Counted from the first letter of the stretch, positions 1 through 13,164 are shown. The stretch: 64,000 bases of DNA from Ostrea edulis (GCF_947568905.1 NC_079173.1:17670001-17734000); one strand, 5' to 3'. Notes: generated by a model not told the origin, from the sequence alone. Translations and numbers: made by a program.

Positions 1-2010
1 GCGCATGCATCAGCTACTGAAGTGTAGGACGATTTTACAGGGTGCCAAATCTAACCGTAACAGGGAGTTCTTCCATGCGAATAAATTGAATTTCGGAGGT
101 TTCCCAATTTTTCATTGATAACAAAATATTATCCTAATGTTATTCGACAAAATTAGGATTCCATATGGAATTAATTGCTGTAATGATCGTAGGGAATAAG
201 TTGGGATTCGTGGAAGCAGGTACACGTGAACTGAACACATATATATTTAGTACACAGTGTATGTATATGAAATACATACATGTACCGATTCTACAGTTAA
301 GAGAGTCATCTACATTACATTTACAGACTTGAGAGCTAAATCCCCAGTTCCAACCAATATCATTAAACATTAATGTCTGTAAATCAATGTTTATCTAAGA
401 GAAACATGCAGTGGCATTTATAACCCGAGATAAGAATCACCTCACGAGACAATATCAACATCGGAAGCCCACACATCGTACGTGGAATCAATAGACCACT
501 AGCTGCCGACTCAAAAGTGCTGCACAACAGAATGCTTTAACTCCATACAAAGTGCATTATGGTATTCTTTTACACCATTTCCGATATAGAGAAAGCAAAG
601 CAGAAAAAACATGTTTCACGTATAAATTAGTTATACGGAAATTTGAACATCAAATTAATTCTCGAAACAATATTAAATCAATCAATCAATCAAATCAATT
701 GTTAAATTCGCGAGTATATGAAAAACGTGACATGTTCTCTATATTATTTAAATATATGTGTCTCGATGCTGTTTGCATGATGGGGTATAAAACAATGGAA
801 GCACGTGGTAGTTTGCAGAATAAAATAAGCCAGATCCAGACGGGTATTCCATTGTAATTATATATGATTAGCAATCCGTACAGTTTTATGTCAAGTTAAA
901 ATTAACAAAGGTATTAACGAGAAATAAACTGAAAAGACACGTGTTTATTAACCAAAAAAAAACACAAGTTAATGTAGAGAATTGTTTTTTTTTTACAAAC
1001 AGCAAGTAATATTTGTATAAAAAACATATCTTCAATCATATCCAAACTTTAAACCCACAGCAGTATTTATATATCATTGGTAAACTGTACACCAAGAAAA
1101 AATCAACCTCAACCCATGCATTCAATGAATATGCTTCTTCACAAACCTGCCGATTTCTTTTTGAGTCTCCCGTCGAATCCTCTGTTGCAGAATCGCCCTG
1201 TGACATTTTGATAATAGTTACAGCATGATATATACTGTGTGAAAGTAGTACAATTACTATGATTTGAAAAACAATTTTCTTGGTATTTACTGGTGATAAA
1301 TACTATGTAACGATACAACATATTAGATGTTGTAGCTGTGGGAAAGAGATTGAGGTCAGGCGGGTTCGATAACAAGCCCGGATGTAATTTAATTCATTCA
1401 GGAAACGAGGCAGACTGCCCTGATGTAGACACACACTTACTGCTGATACAACAGACAGAAACAACACTATGCCGTAATTTAATTACACTGGGTGAATTTC
1501 CTGCTTTGATAAAGGGGTATTTACAATGTTTAAACTTGTACAACTGATGTCAAGTCGAAATAGAAAGTAACTCTGTAACCTGGGTAAAGTTTTAAAAAGT
1601 GTTTTACTCTTACGATCTAAACAAACTATCATCTAAAATATATGTAAAGTAGACTTTACTTATAACTACCGTCATGCATGTCCATCCTCACTCCAATTTT
1701 CATATTGTACACAGCTTTTAGTTTATTTTATAATTTATTATGTATTATGCTGATAAGCCGTACGGCTTAAAGCCAATATATATAATTATTACAATAGCTG
1801 TTTCGTTAGTGATATTCTTACATGTACACTGTAGGCGGTTACACGTGAAAGAAATGCTTATAAAGAATGTCTAGATTACATGTATTATGAGTAACATACA
1901 TGTAGATATGATGGAAGCTAGCGATATAAGGTCTGCAGACCCTATGTTTCCATTGTTTTCTATGTTACATTAAAACAACCTTTAGAAATATATGCATACT
2001 GATTTTAAAT

Positions 2011-2180
2011 GCAGATTACTCCGTTTACCTGATCCAAATATAGGGCTCCTGACGGGTGTAATCGGTCAACGAGGATGTTTACTCCTCCTAGATACCAGAT
2101 CCCACCTCTGGTGTGTACAGAGGTCCGTGTGTGCCCTAATCTTAATTTTGTATTCTTTGTGGGAATCATGAGATTGATCT
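2011..2180 (+). repeat. 3' UTR fragment of a Penelope-like retroelement family
   Basis: Same sequence block (gattactccgtttacctgatc...cccacctctggt...gagattgatc) recurs at 3909-4170(-), 4836-5020(-) and 7860-7980(+). Confidence 0.6.
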
Positions 2181-2182
2181 TC

Positions 2183-2726
2183 ACTTTTTATACACTGGTC
2201 ATTAGACGGGACATATTATGTTATGGTGCTGTCCGTGCATCTGTCTGTCTCGCTGTCCGTCAGAGGTCATATTTTTCGGACTTTGCATTTCAGCTGGATT
2301 GGTGTACCATGACCTACTTTAGAGCTGATAGGTCAAACAGCTTCCCGGAGTTTTTGGTATGGATACAGATATTGCCCTGCCCTGAAATTTAGTCACAGGC
2401 TTTCTCTCGAATGAATACAAGTTGTTTCAGCTAGATTGGTCCGTCCTTGACCTAATTTAGGGCTATAATTAGGTCAAATAGTTTCATTGACTTTTTCTTA
2501 TCATAGATACAGATATAGCACTGAATTTTGTCAAAACTCTCCTCTCAGAGCAATACATCATCAGTTCACATGTCAGAGGGACTGGAGCACCATAACCTAT
2601 TTTTAGGGGGGGGGGGGGTTCTATTCAGAATGTGTGCGATATCAATTCAGAGTGCATACTATGCTTACAGGTTAAATTTCACTGTTCGACAGGGGTATGT
2701 TTTACCGTTTGCCGCACTCTTGTTCA
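2183..2726 (-). mobile_element. Degenerate non-autonomous Helentron-type (HINE-like) element
   Basis: On the minus strand it starts aacaagag, has gacag/gacg microsatellite-like bases, and ends in a short palindrome plus A-run, like the other HINE copies in the window. Confidence 0.4.
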
Positions 2727-3756
2727 TTTATGTCACGTATATGAAAACCCAGCGTCTATTGAAACTTTTTCTTCACAAAAATATACATAATGTTTGTAAA
2801 AAATACAGGAAAAATATCGTATAACATACTTGATAAAGAAATCAATTAAAACAGAGTTATTGCCGTTCGATTCAATATTTTGAAACAGATTGATTATTCA
2901 TCTATAACTTAGACTTTAGTTTATTTTTAACAACTCTTTTTGCAATAACTATCGGAAAAGATTCCAAAACATTATGTTCCCATTATGCATAAATCTAAAT
3001 AAATAATTGATTTCGCAAAATCTGATGACATCACGAGGGTGGGATTAGTGTTAGTGGAGAAAACATAAAATAAAATTAAGAATATGAAAAAGCATGCCAT
3101 TTCTAATCTAAATTGAAGACTCTAGCATCAATAATCAAAACCTATACTGGAAATTATCCAGATATTTATCACACTACACCAACAGATGAAATACGTGTAC
3201 CACCAATTCACAAGTACGGCTCACAACGAGTAATAACTTAACAGGTATGCATTTTTAAATATTGAACTCTTGAAACATTTTTTACAATCATCACAGTTCT
3301 AGATAATATAAACCATGATATATCAAACACAGTATAAGTGCAATTATTTTCCAAATATACAAAATGCATGAGCACAAGAATACATGTATCGATACCTGTA
3401 AATAAAACAAACTGAATCAGTCACAAATTGTTAAAGCCCTGTGACGCCTTTTATTAGTTGTTTTACGGATTTTCTTTTTAAATTCAGAATGCCCAGTGGG
3501 CGGTTCAAAAAGCAAGAAGAGAAAACATAGTTTAGACATTTGATACTGACCATTTGTAAACCCGGGACTTTTCACACATTTTTTTTCTATGAGCGATCAA
3601 AGGATCTGCCTTTAATCATATTGTTCCCAAATCTTAATTCACAACGAGTATACATTAGCTATATATTAAAACATTACCAACAATATAGAACAGGCAAACT
3701 GATGCCTTGTTCCTAAAATTAAAAAAAAGTCACGTGATTTACTTGTATACAATGAG

Positions 3757-3908
3757 GTTGATTGATTGGTTGTATCTTGTTTAACGTCTCTCGAGAGAAT
3801 TTTTCACTCATGTGGAGACGTCACCCAGACCGGTGAAGGGCTTTAAATAGGCCTTTGCTCGGCGCTTTCGGTCATTGAGCAGGGTTCTTTAGCGTGCCAC
3901 ACCTACTG
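3757..3908 (-). mobile_element. SINE 3' half (abundant family with (CAAT)n tail)
   Basis: Matches the ggagacgtcacc...gtgccacacct block seen in more than 10 copies across the window. Confidence 0.75.
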
Positions 3909-4170
3909 TCGACCGGTCACATCCTCTGTGAGCCCTATATCTTGATTAGGTAAACGGAGGTTACCGTAGTCAAAATCAGTGTGCCATGAACGTCCTAACA
4001 ATCGGTATGAAACACGTTAGACAGCATTTGACCCAATGATAGGTTGTAATGGCAAACCAGATAGTTATAACGACCATAGAATTCGCGAAAATCTTACTTT
4101 AATCGAGATTGTTAAAAACCCTTGCACCATCAACTTGTTTGTCAGTAGCTTGCCTCGATTTAAAAACTAA
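3909..4170 (-). pseudogene. Penelope-like element: RT thumb C-terminus plus 3' UTR (stop directly after RT, suggesting Naiad/Chlamys-type domain order)
   Basis: Minus strand translates FLNRGKLLTNKLMVQGF../SRLK*..FYGRYN.LVCHYNLSLGQMLSNVFHTDC*, which resembles a PLE thumb, followed by the recurrent 3' UTR. Confidence 0.6.
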
Positions 4171-5290
4171 TGTTATTCCACTTAAGAAGAATGACCCATC
4201 TGATTTTTCAAACTATTGACTAGTATCCTTGTTGAATTGTGTTGTAAGATATTTGAAAGACTCATTTCTAAACATGTTTACAGCTACTTGCGCTCACATA
4301 ATCCTTTCATAAATATCATGCAGATTTTTGCCACGTCCTGTTATAGTGTATCAGCTTTTAAAAATATATATCACTCTGTTGTTGAAAAAAGTTGACAATA
4401 GGAAATACTGCTGCCTGGTCTTTTGTGATTTATCTGAAGCCCTCGACAGGATCTGACATAAGGGATTAACGGATCAATACTAGAATTATTCGATAGTTAT
4501 TTAAGTAACATAACACAAACATTAAGGCATAGAAATTGATTATCCTTTTGTTGGAAATGTCAAAGATGGAGTTCCTCAAGGCCTGCTTCTTGGACCACGT
4601 TTGTTTTATATATGTCTTTAGATCATATGCTGACGATAAGTTGCTGCATTATAAGGTTCAGAAAATATCATATCTTAATCATGCTCTTCAAATACTAGAT
4701 AAATGGTCAACGAAATCGTTATTGAAGTTAAAACTAAACCTTTGCATCCAAAAATGTACAATTATCAATTTAGATATGGTACGTAAAACAAAAACTTGGG
4801 ACATTTGTTGTCATTCAAAATGGAATTAGTCTGAGTGAAAGGTGAAGATAACGAACAGTGATCAATCTCATGACTCCTATATTAAAGCAAAATAAAATAG
4901 ATAGTTGGACAAACACGGACTCCTGGACACACCAGAGGTGGGATCAGGTCCCTAGGAGAAGTAAGCACCCCCTGGCAACAAGTCACACCCGCCGTGAGCA
5001 CTATATCTTGATCAGATAAACGAATAAATCACAAAATACATGATATCGTTGTCAAAAAGCTTGGGGAAAAATTGATTACTTTCTGTGTTAATGGGTATTA
5101 CATCTCCGATATGTAAGCATTTATCAAATCAAAACTTGAATGTGCTGTTGAAGTATGGTCTCTCTAAATCTAGAAAGTCCAATTCTGTGTAGCTAGAATA
5201 GTTACTGGTCTTACATTAATTGCATCAAAAAATTCGTTGTATGAAATCTTTGGAAGGTAGAAGAGATAGAGCTAAGCTTGTAAAATGTAT
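4165..5290 (+). pseudogene. Decayed CR1/L2-group LINE ORF2 (reverse transcriptase region)
   Basis: Broken-frame motifs: NVIPLKKNDPSDFSNY.LVSLL, VFCDLSEALDRI.HKGL, GVPQGLLLGP, YADD, FIKSKLE..EVW, RIVTGL..ASKNSLYE, RR..AKLVKMY. Interrupted by a PLE fragment at 4836-5020. Confidence 0.8.
4836..5020 (-). repeat. Penelope-like 3' UTR fragment inserted into the CR1 remnant
   Basis: gaaaggtgaagataacgaacagtgatcaatctcat...ggtgggatcagg, the reverse complement of the recurrent 3' end. Confidence 0.65.
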
Positions 5291-5614
5291 ATCTAGTAGC
5301 GGATGAACAAGTGAAGATAAGGAAAAGCGATCAATCTCATAAATCATGTGTGCTGCAGAATTAGGAGTAGAGCTAAGATATCAGAGGCACTGTTTCTAGA
5401 TACTATACCCGAATTTCTTCAAATTAATCATTTTCAAAATGCAGATTGGAATTATTGAACAAATCATTTACCCCTGATATTTTCAGAAAGTTGAACACTT
5501 AGTGTTGATACAAAAGAAGTAACTTCCATTAAAACTTCCAAGAAATATCTGCTAAATAATGTTGCAAAATCACGAAGTTATTTTCATATGGAATATTTTA
5601 ATGCAGGGTTGAGA

Positions 5615-5783
5615 CACAGCTGTGTAACAGCCAATGAATGATATAAACCACTCATGATAAAATTTACATTAAGGGATGCTTTTGCGTTCGCTAATGCAAG
5701 AATGTATCTCAATAATGATGCGCCGTCATAACCATTTTATCATTAGTGGATTTTATAGCATTAATGGCTGTTACACAGCCGTA
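5615..5783. mobile_element. MITE with ~45-bp imperfect TIRs
   Basis: gctgtgtaacagccaatgaatgatataaaccactcatgataaaat (from 5619) pairs with attttatcattagtggattttatagcattaatggctgttacacagc (to 5779). Confidence 0.7.
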
Positions 5784-6358
5784 TTTATACTCTGGTTTTT
5801 ATTTTCGTTGTAACTTAATAGACAAGCGACATTGTTCATTTGTACTTTTGAAAGATGCTTACCATTTGTTTTCGTAACTTTGGGGGGGGGGGCAATTATT
5901 AAAAAACATACATCATTGTTTAATTAATAAGCTACTATCAATAGTAATTTATACATTAAAAATGTGCATTAAATGATTCATTTTCTGGTGTACACAATTG
6001 AGATTGCTTGATTGGGGTTTTACGCCGTTTTGGCAATATTTTAGCCATTTTACGCCGGTTAACTTATTCAGTTATGTTTGGTTGTGAGTGTTTAAGTTTC
6101 CCTGACGGCCCCCATTGAGCCTACTCTTTTTCGAACATCAGGGAAACGATCTTTTGCGTGCCAAGGGGGTTGTGATCCTTCACACGGGACACCCTCTAAC
6201 GTCCCATCCGACGGACATAATTTTCTCTCTCCAATCTTTTCCAAAATGATGTAGTCGTTTTTCAAACAAATCAATAGTAATTATTTACTTTTTGTCTGAA
6301 GTTAAAAATATGATGTTCATATAATGAAAATATATTGTGCAATGATGCAGTATTGTAT

Positions 6359-6590
6359 TGATTGATGTTTTCCGCCACACTCAACAATTTTTCAGTTATC
6401 TGGTGGCGCCCAGTTTTTATTGGTGGAAGAGAGAACCCAGATACAATGTACCTGGAAAGAGACCACCAACCTTCCGTAAGTAAACTGGGAAACTTTCTCA
6501 CTTACCGGCGCGAGCGGGATTCGAACCCGCGCCGACAGAGGTGATAGTCCGTGTGATTTTGAGCGCGATGCTCTGGCCACGGAGGCCCCT
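6359..6590 (-). mobile_element. tRNA-headed SINE (family A)
   Basis: A-box-like TGGCC..AG and B box GGTTCGAATCC, conserved body, (CAAT)n tail; 13-bp TSD tgcagtattgtat (6346) / tgtagtattgtat (6591); homologs at 13455, 39770 and 63064. Confidence 0.85.
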
Positions 6591-7418
6591 TGTAGTATTG
6601 TATGTATGTCAGTCTTTTAGATTATTGTATTGGGAGAAGGCTATCCAAGCTTTGAGCTTGTGTCTAATCCGTTCAATGTCTTGTCAATAGAATATGTTAA
6701 ATTGATTTTAGTCTAGGTTTAATATGGACAAACGCTTGGTAGATGTAGATATTAAAGGATACATGTATAACTTTGTGCATAAATGAACATATTCATACGC
6801 AGTGGCGACGTCTTTATATCAGTAAAAAAGCATCTCGAGAGTCCCTTTTAAACAATATCAAACAAATCAATCTAATGCAGTAGTTTCCAGTTATTCATTT
6901 TATGAATCAATACATTTTATAGAAATTCACATACGGTCATTGCAGAAACACATATAGTAATATCATTACGCGTCTATGTAGACATACATGAAGCTATTCA
7001 AACGTATTTCAAATTGAATTCAGTTGTTCGTGATGCACCATTGTACTTGGTGTCATCATGAATAGTAACTCTTCTTCTACCATAAAGGAGAATCAGAGAA
7101 TTCTATAGTTTAGCTCCAAGGTGACCCCTCTTTCAATTTTCTAACAGATGAAACAAAAGACCAGAGTAGAGGGTTCTGAAGGGGAGTCTGTGTTTAATCA
7201 TTTATATATTCCCGAACCAAATCAATTCAATGATCTGCCGACCACATTTCAATTAAACTGAGCTGGAAGCGAGAGAGTGTCTTGATGCGCTTTCTGTGAC
7301 AAGATGTGATGTTCAAATCAATAACCTCCATGAAGACGACCTTTCCAAAACTAATCATTTCATTAAAACATTTAACTTTCTGATCTCCGAGCTCTCTTGG
7401 TCATATAAGTCCTTAAAA

Positions 7419-7591
7419 GAGTTATGAGATTGATCATTGTTCGTTATCTTCACCTTTACAGGAGTTACGAGATTGATCAGTGTTCGTTATCTTCACCTTT
7501 ATGGGAGTTATGAGATTGATCACTGTTCGTTATCTTCACCTTTATAGGAGTTATGAGATTGATCACTGTTCGTTATATTCACCTTTATGTG
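7419..7591 (+). repeat. Four tandem 43-44-bp copies of the Penelope-like 3'-terminal unit
   Basis: gagttatgagattgatcactgttcgttatcttcacctttaNNg x4 with no unique spacers. Confidence 0.9.
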
Positions 7592-7859
7592 AGACCCTGG
7601 TGCATTAAAGAGCTTCATACTGATCGCTTCTTTATCATTACTAAAAAAATAAATCTCCGTCTTTTGTCGCGGTTTTGTTTAGTTGAACAGAAAAGCTCAT
7701 TGATATTAAATTTTATTGTGCAGGAAAACGAAAGTGAAATTTAAGAAGGCTGAAAAACAAGTATAATTAGTTTTATATAAAAGATCTTTAAACACTTGTA
7801 GCTAAGTCTTCGGTATGTATAGATGGAAGGGGAAATTCTAAATTAATGTACGTCAATTT

Positions 7860-7980
7860 GTCATATGATGCAGCAGTATGTGTATGGTGTGTCCAGGAGT
7901 CCGTGTTTGCCCAACTATCTATTTTGTATTGCTTGTAGGAGTTATGAGATTGATCACTGTTCGTTATCTTCACCTTGCAT
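7860..7980 (+). repeat. Penelope-like 3' UTR fragment
   Basis: ccaggagtccgtgtttgcccaactatctattttgtattgcttgtaggagttatgagattgatcactgttcg. Confidence 0.65.
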
Positions 7981-8109
7981 ATGTATATGCAAGATTTCCA
8001 CGGATATGAAACTATCAAATATCTATAGTCAGACTTGATAAATGGCAATGCATGTGTTGGTTGAAAAATCTGCAATACAAAGTGTGAAGGATTCTGGATC
8101 TTATCAATA

Positions 8110-8930
8110 TTCATATTATTCTACATTTAGTCCTCATCAGAGGAAGGCTACCATAAATCACCTGATGCATCCGCCATGAATCAATGTTTTATTATGTCTT
8201 CAGTGTCCGTGTCCACTCCAATATGTCGATAAAACCCCAACAAATATAACAAGTACCTGCTTTGTCGGTGATTTTTTTCTTCCTTAATCGAAGCTATTCA
8301 TCATCATTCTTATAATTTCATTGCCGAAGGTTTAAACATCAAGAAGAAATCAATATTCCACTACATTCTTCATTATTATGGTTCGACACCTTCCAGACAT
8401 ACCCATTGGGATATTGTTTTATGTGGTGAAAATCTGCCAATTATTTGTAATCGCATTATTTCCTATGAAAAGACAACTAATTTCAGCGGGGGATTGGACA
8501 CAGTGCTTCCCTTTTGAAAATAATTTCCTTTCGGGTAAATACATTGTAACTATGTAATTGAATGATCACTGTAATCACTGCCCACGCCTGATAATGATCG
8601 AACTGTATTTATCTAAGACGGAATTAGCGTTAAACAACCTTTAGGGCTCAATTCTTCAAAAGTACAGGTAGAAAGCTTGATGCACTGTATGTAACAAATG
8701 TCGTCCGTATCGCTTGGTTACTTAAACGATATATATATGAAAGTGACTCTTTCTCTCTTTATATATATATATATTCGATATTTGTATTCACCTGAGGATG
8801 GATGTTAAAATCCAGAAAGCGCTAGTGAATTGAATATATCCTGGAACTGCATATTATCCTGCTTTTTTAATTAATTATTTTGACTGTGAGATATCAATTT
8901 TTTCTTGATTTATTGATGCAGACTTGATTG
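8110..8930 (+). pseudogene. Highly degenerate Penelope-type element 3' part (thumb/GIY-YIG traces and a pLTR-like segment with a hammerhead)
   Basis: Weak motif traces (STFSPHQRK..I..L.H; KQPLGLN) upstream of a complete hammerhead motif. Confidence 0.4.
8786..8830 (+). ncRNA. Type I minimal hammerhead ribozyme
   Basis: ATTCAC-CTGAGGA-TGGAT(gttaaa)ATCCA-GAAA-GCGC-TA-GTGAAT: 6-bp stem I, CUGANGA core, 5-bp stem II, GAAA, palindromic stem III AGCGCT, CUA cleavage triplet. Confidence 0.85.
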
Positions 8931-9039
8931 ATATAAAAAGTCATTTATTCTCGACACAGTTAGAAAATGGAACTTGCTGATCTCAGAAATAAGGGATGTA
9001 TTCGAATCGATAAATTGAAAAAAAAAAACCCATTAAAAT

Positions 9040-9639
9040 AACACCCTCAAAAGCACCTTTATACTTTTCATATGGCCAGCGATATGTTAATATTATTCAT
9101 AACCAAATTAGGACATTCTTGCATTTTAAATAATGATCTTTATTGTAAAAACATAATTGCCTCTCCAAATTGTATATGTGGTCATATTAAAGATGCCCAT
9201 CATTTCTTCTTTGTATGCAAAAGATACACTCAAGCAAGAAATTGTTTTGTTCAATAAACTGCTTCAGCTAAATGATATTCCTATTGTCGATACCCACCTT
9301 TTATTATAGGGAAATAAATATTTTTCAAATGATGTAAATTTTCATATTTTCAGAGCAGTTCAAAAGTTTATTAAGAACTCAAACAGAATTTAATCGGACC
9401 TATATATCATAATTTTAAAATGTTTTGCATTGTATGCCTGATTATGTACTTACATGAACCTAGACATATATTGTATATTATCATAATTGTATATTAAAAC
9501 GAATATTATATTTTCTGTGGTACGAACATTTTTATTTGTACATGTATAGCATAATATATTTTGTATCCGGGAGAGGTTTTCTATGTTGCTAGAACTTATA
9601 ACCAATCCCTTTGTATATTTATTCAATAAAATATGTTCA
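9040..9639 (+). pseudogene. 3' end of a CR1/L2-group LINE (ORF2 C-terminus plus 3' UTR)
   Basis: PLYFSYGQRYVNIIH/KLGHSCILNNDLYCKNIIASPNCICGHIKDAHHFFFVCKRY (CxC..H...C motif); 3' UTR ends caataaaatatgtt at the gap. Confidence 0.8.
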
Positions 9640-9769
9640 NNNNNNNNNNNNNNNNNNNNNNNNNNNNNNNNNNNNNNNNNNNNNNNNNNNNNNNNNNNNN
9701 NNNNNNNNNNNNNNNNNNNNNNNNNNNNNNNNNNNNNNNNNNNNNNNNNNNNNNNNNNNNNNNNNNNNN
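9640..9769. other. Assembly gap (130 N)
   Basis: Run of N. Confidence 1.
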
Positions 9770-9955
9770 CCGCTTTCGCCCATACCCAGGGCTGAACCCT
9801 CACACCTGCGTAACCAAATCTTATAGCAGCATGTGATCAGCGTGCTAGATCGCTAAAACATATAGGCAAGTGAAAATTTTTTGCTTTCGATGGCGATGTG
9901 ATTCTCGCTTAACTGTCATACGCTACGCTGCATCACAGTCATTGAGAATGGAAAT
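9770..9955 (-). repeat. Copy of an interspersed repeat with a tRNA-like internal segment (continues into the gap)
   Basis: Diverged inverted homolog of 12028-12200. Confidence 0.65.
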
Positions 9956-12027
9956 GGGACATTGTTATTTGCCGTAAATCTAAGACGATCTTACAAGACA
10001 TACACTGCATTTGAACGTGTGTATGTGAATAATCGAACACTATTCAAAAGATCAATATCATTGATACTTAAAGACTATGGAATCGTATAGACACAGCGGA
10101 TTAATACATTAGATATAAGGCTACAGGTACTGTCACAGATACAGACTATACCAGCACAAATGACTACCGTAAAACAAAAGAATGTTACCGGAGTTCTTCC
10201 CAGAATGAATGAATTCTCTCCCTTCTGTCCTCCCGTTGCGGAATTCTCCCCCTCCATTTTCTGTTCTCGTTTTAATAGGCTTGTCAGCGTCTTCTCACTT
10301 TATCAAGGTGACCATGCTGCATCAGGACTAACTGCAATGACAGAATTACTTATTAAACGCAAACTTCTGCAAAGGCTCTCAACTCTCATTTTACCTGCAA
10401 CTATTCGCAGTTTCAAGTATTCCTGTCCACAGATAAACGCACATACATGATAAAATCCTTGCCTCAGTTAGCGACAAAGACAATCCGGAATGGAACAACC
10501 CTGTACCCGTATCACGGGTTCGTATAAAGCATTTTAAAACAGGGACAATGAATAATGGAGGATACCGACATACCCTTCAACAAGGTTTCATTGAACGTCT
10601 ATGTGCATTTAGAAAGAAAAATCCTAGAAGGGTATCATACACAGTGAGTACAATATCGCAACACTGCCAAACATGCATGGATATTACATCAAAACACTTG
10701 AAAGATTTTCTTATTTGATAAGATTAACGACGTACGCCTAAGAACCAATACCCAACATTTTCTGTTGTTGACCCGGAATCGTGGTTATGGTATTATCATA
10801 TAGGAGTAAATTATTCCTTAATGTACAAGTATTATAGTGCATGTATTAAGCCTTATCTGTGACAATGCATTCATAGATTACCTGTCTATTCTAAAATTAT
10901 TGTATGGATGTCGATTTTAACTGTAATTAAATAACATGCATTAGAACTAAAAATACAGTTTATCATTTTAATCACCCCAAAAAAAAAATCGCTGTTCACT
11001 TCAACGTTCACTTCATGTCTGCTCATCATAATGATTGATTTATACAAATTTACAAGCAAAAAATCCATATTACACCAAGCCTAAGTCGCTTAATTGTAAA
11101 TTGAATAGCGTAGAACAATTATAGCTAATCTATCAATGTTGTGAAAACATATGATGGAGAGGTTCAGATTCGTCATACCTATAGATAACAATTAATTCCA
11201 ACACTAAACTGACACACACTCACCACAAGACAATGTCCTCTGCCTCTGTGGTGGTGATGGCTTTGCGTGACACTCGAGTCGACAGAGTGTTACATCGTTC
11301 TCGTACTGCTGCAGGCGCGCGCAGACATCTAACCAGAGAGGAGTTTCCGAGGACAGGAGGGAGTATTGATTTTAGGGTATTGCTGAATGCGTTGCATTCT
11401 ATCGGGACTTTCTCCTTCTGAATGTCGGAGCTTGTTTGAGCAATTTGTTTATCTTACGTCGAATTACGTATTAATTGCAACGTATAGAATTATATACAGC
11501 TATACAGCGCTTTTGTGTGAAAGGCGACTAGAAGGAAATGTGGATGTTTTAACATCAGGTTTCAGTATCTAAAAACTTATCATTTGAATATTATAGTTGT
11601 TTGATCAACTGTGGTTTTTATAAATTCCAGGGATTTAATCATGCTATTTGAAAGATCAAACATGAACAGATTTTACATGTATATATCGAATACAGCCAAA
11701 ATCATTCCGATAATGTTCAAAATCTCCAGATTGACATTTAATATACAGAGGGAACCATCATTTATTTTATTACCTTCATTTGAATTATATGTTCCCCCCA
11801 ATTAAAATTTTTAAACATACTTTTATAATATCGTACATTCCTATATTCTTTATCTGAACAACTTGAAGCTTGCACTTGGGGTGTACCAAGTGATTGGCTA
11901 TAGGCAAAATATCGTATGTTCGAGGTGCGAAACATGTACTAACGGTAAAGTTTAAGAAGGTCATACAAAGTTCTTGGCACTCAAGAAAAGTTAACCAACT
12001 CAGACTTATATATCTGTATCGCGTTAA

Positions 12028-12390
12028 ATTTCCATTCTCAATGACCGTGTAGCGTGTGACAGCGTGGCGTGAATTCCACCGTCATCGAAAGTAAATTGTT
12101 TGACTTACATTGATGGTCGAGCGATCTAGCGCACTGGTCACACGCTGCTAGAAGATTTAGTTACGCAAGTCGTGAGTTCAACCCGGGTAGGGGCGGAAGT
12201 GGGTTTCAAAATGAAAATAAAGTGATTTTCCTGTGCTTTTTATGACATATTTCTTCACTTAGGGCAGTTCTGTTTAATGAAGAGTGCATTGCTATTTCGG
12301 TGCTTTATATGAGCTTTATATGGTATTAGTTTATCCATGTAACTATTGTAGCGCCGTCGAGCGGTAAACGGCGCAGAATTACTTATTAAT
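12028..12390 (+). mobile_element. Interspersed repeat with tRNA-like segment and 3' hairpin (Helitron/Helentron-like end)
   Basis: B-box-like gagttcaacccg; terminal hairpin gcgccgt...acggcgc near 12350-12380; homolog at 9770. Confidence 0.5.
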
Positions 12391-13164
12391 TCTGTTAATC
12401 CAAAGTTGATAAAGTCATTCCTCAATTATGTAATTATAAATTAAGTCCTTCAAGGAAATACTCCTTTCAGTTCAATAAAATCACGTAGTTAAAGTTCCAA
12501 GTTTATCTACAGAAATCTAATCATTACATCTAGGTAACATCCATGGCCAAACAATCACGACAATAGTTAAGAATCTGACTCTCTCGATGGTCATCAAGTC
12601 CTAATATATATAGGTAATGTGCATTGCTCGGAAGGAGCAACGCTAAGTAAACAAACAATGATTGCTCGGGACGAGCAATCCAATGTAAACACACATTGCA
12701 CAACAACATTGCTCATAAGAAGCAATCAGATATAACATTTTTACATAAATCACTACACTATTAAAGCTTTCATGGTAGTACTCTCATAAAGAGGAAGACA
12801 CTCTTCATAAAGAACGACAATCTATGTATTTCCATAACAACGCCAGTGACTTACCGCCAAATTCCGCGTGACATATGACGTAGCATTAGCATAGTAAGAG
12901 CGCATTTTACACGTTGATACATGAAAACATGCTGATGTAAAACACAATAAGATAAATGTAAGGAAGTAGTTCGTGGTCTTATTGGTAGAACTGCCTGGAA
13001 TGGTGTACCTCCAGATTTATCGTATTTCATCTCAGATGTACGACTTCATATAGCGTTACATGTATGAGTAGCTCTGGATTAATTATATGTTCAGTGCTTA
13101 CGGTCTTTGAACAGGTGTGTGTGAGTGTGGGGGGGGGGGGGGGGGGGGGGTCTTTAAATATCGT

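Noticed and set aside
140-1547. Short ORFs at the window start as host exons
   Set aside because: No recognisable domain, and no consistent splice chain could be built
7419-7591. CRISPR-like array of ~40-bp repeats
   Set aside because: Units abut with no unique spacers, there are no cas genes, the DNA is eukaryotic, and the unit is a retroelement 3' end
8130-8140. CTGATGAGGAC on the minus strand as a hammerhead core
   Set aside because: No closing stem II or GAAA downstream
9450-9836. ORFs listed across the N run
   Set aside because: Artefacts of the assembly gap
9770-12200. Inverted repeat pair as TIRs of a 2.4-kb transposon
   Set aside because: The copies are well diverged, the right one extends further into its own 3' hairpin, and the left runs into a gap; better read as two independent copies
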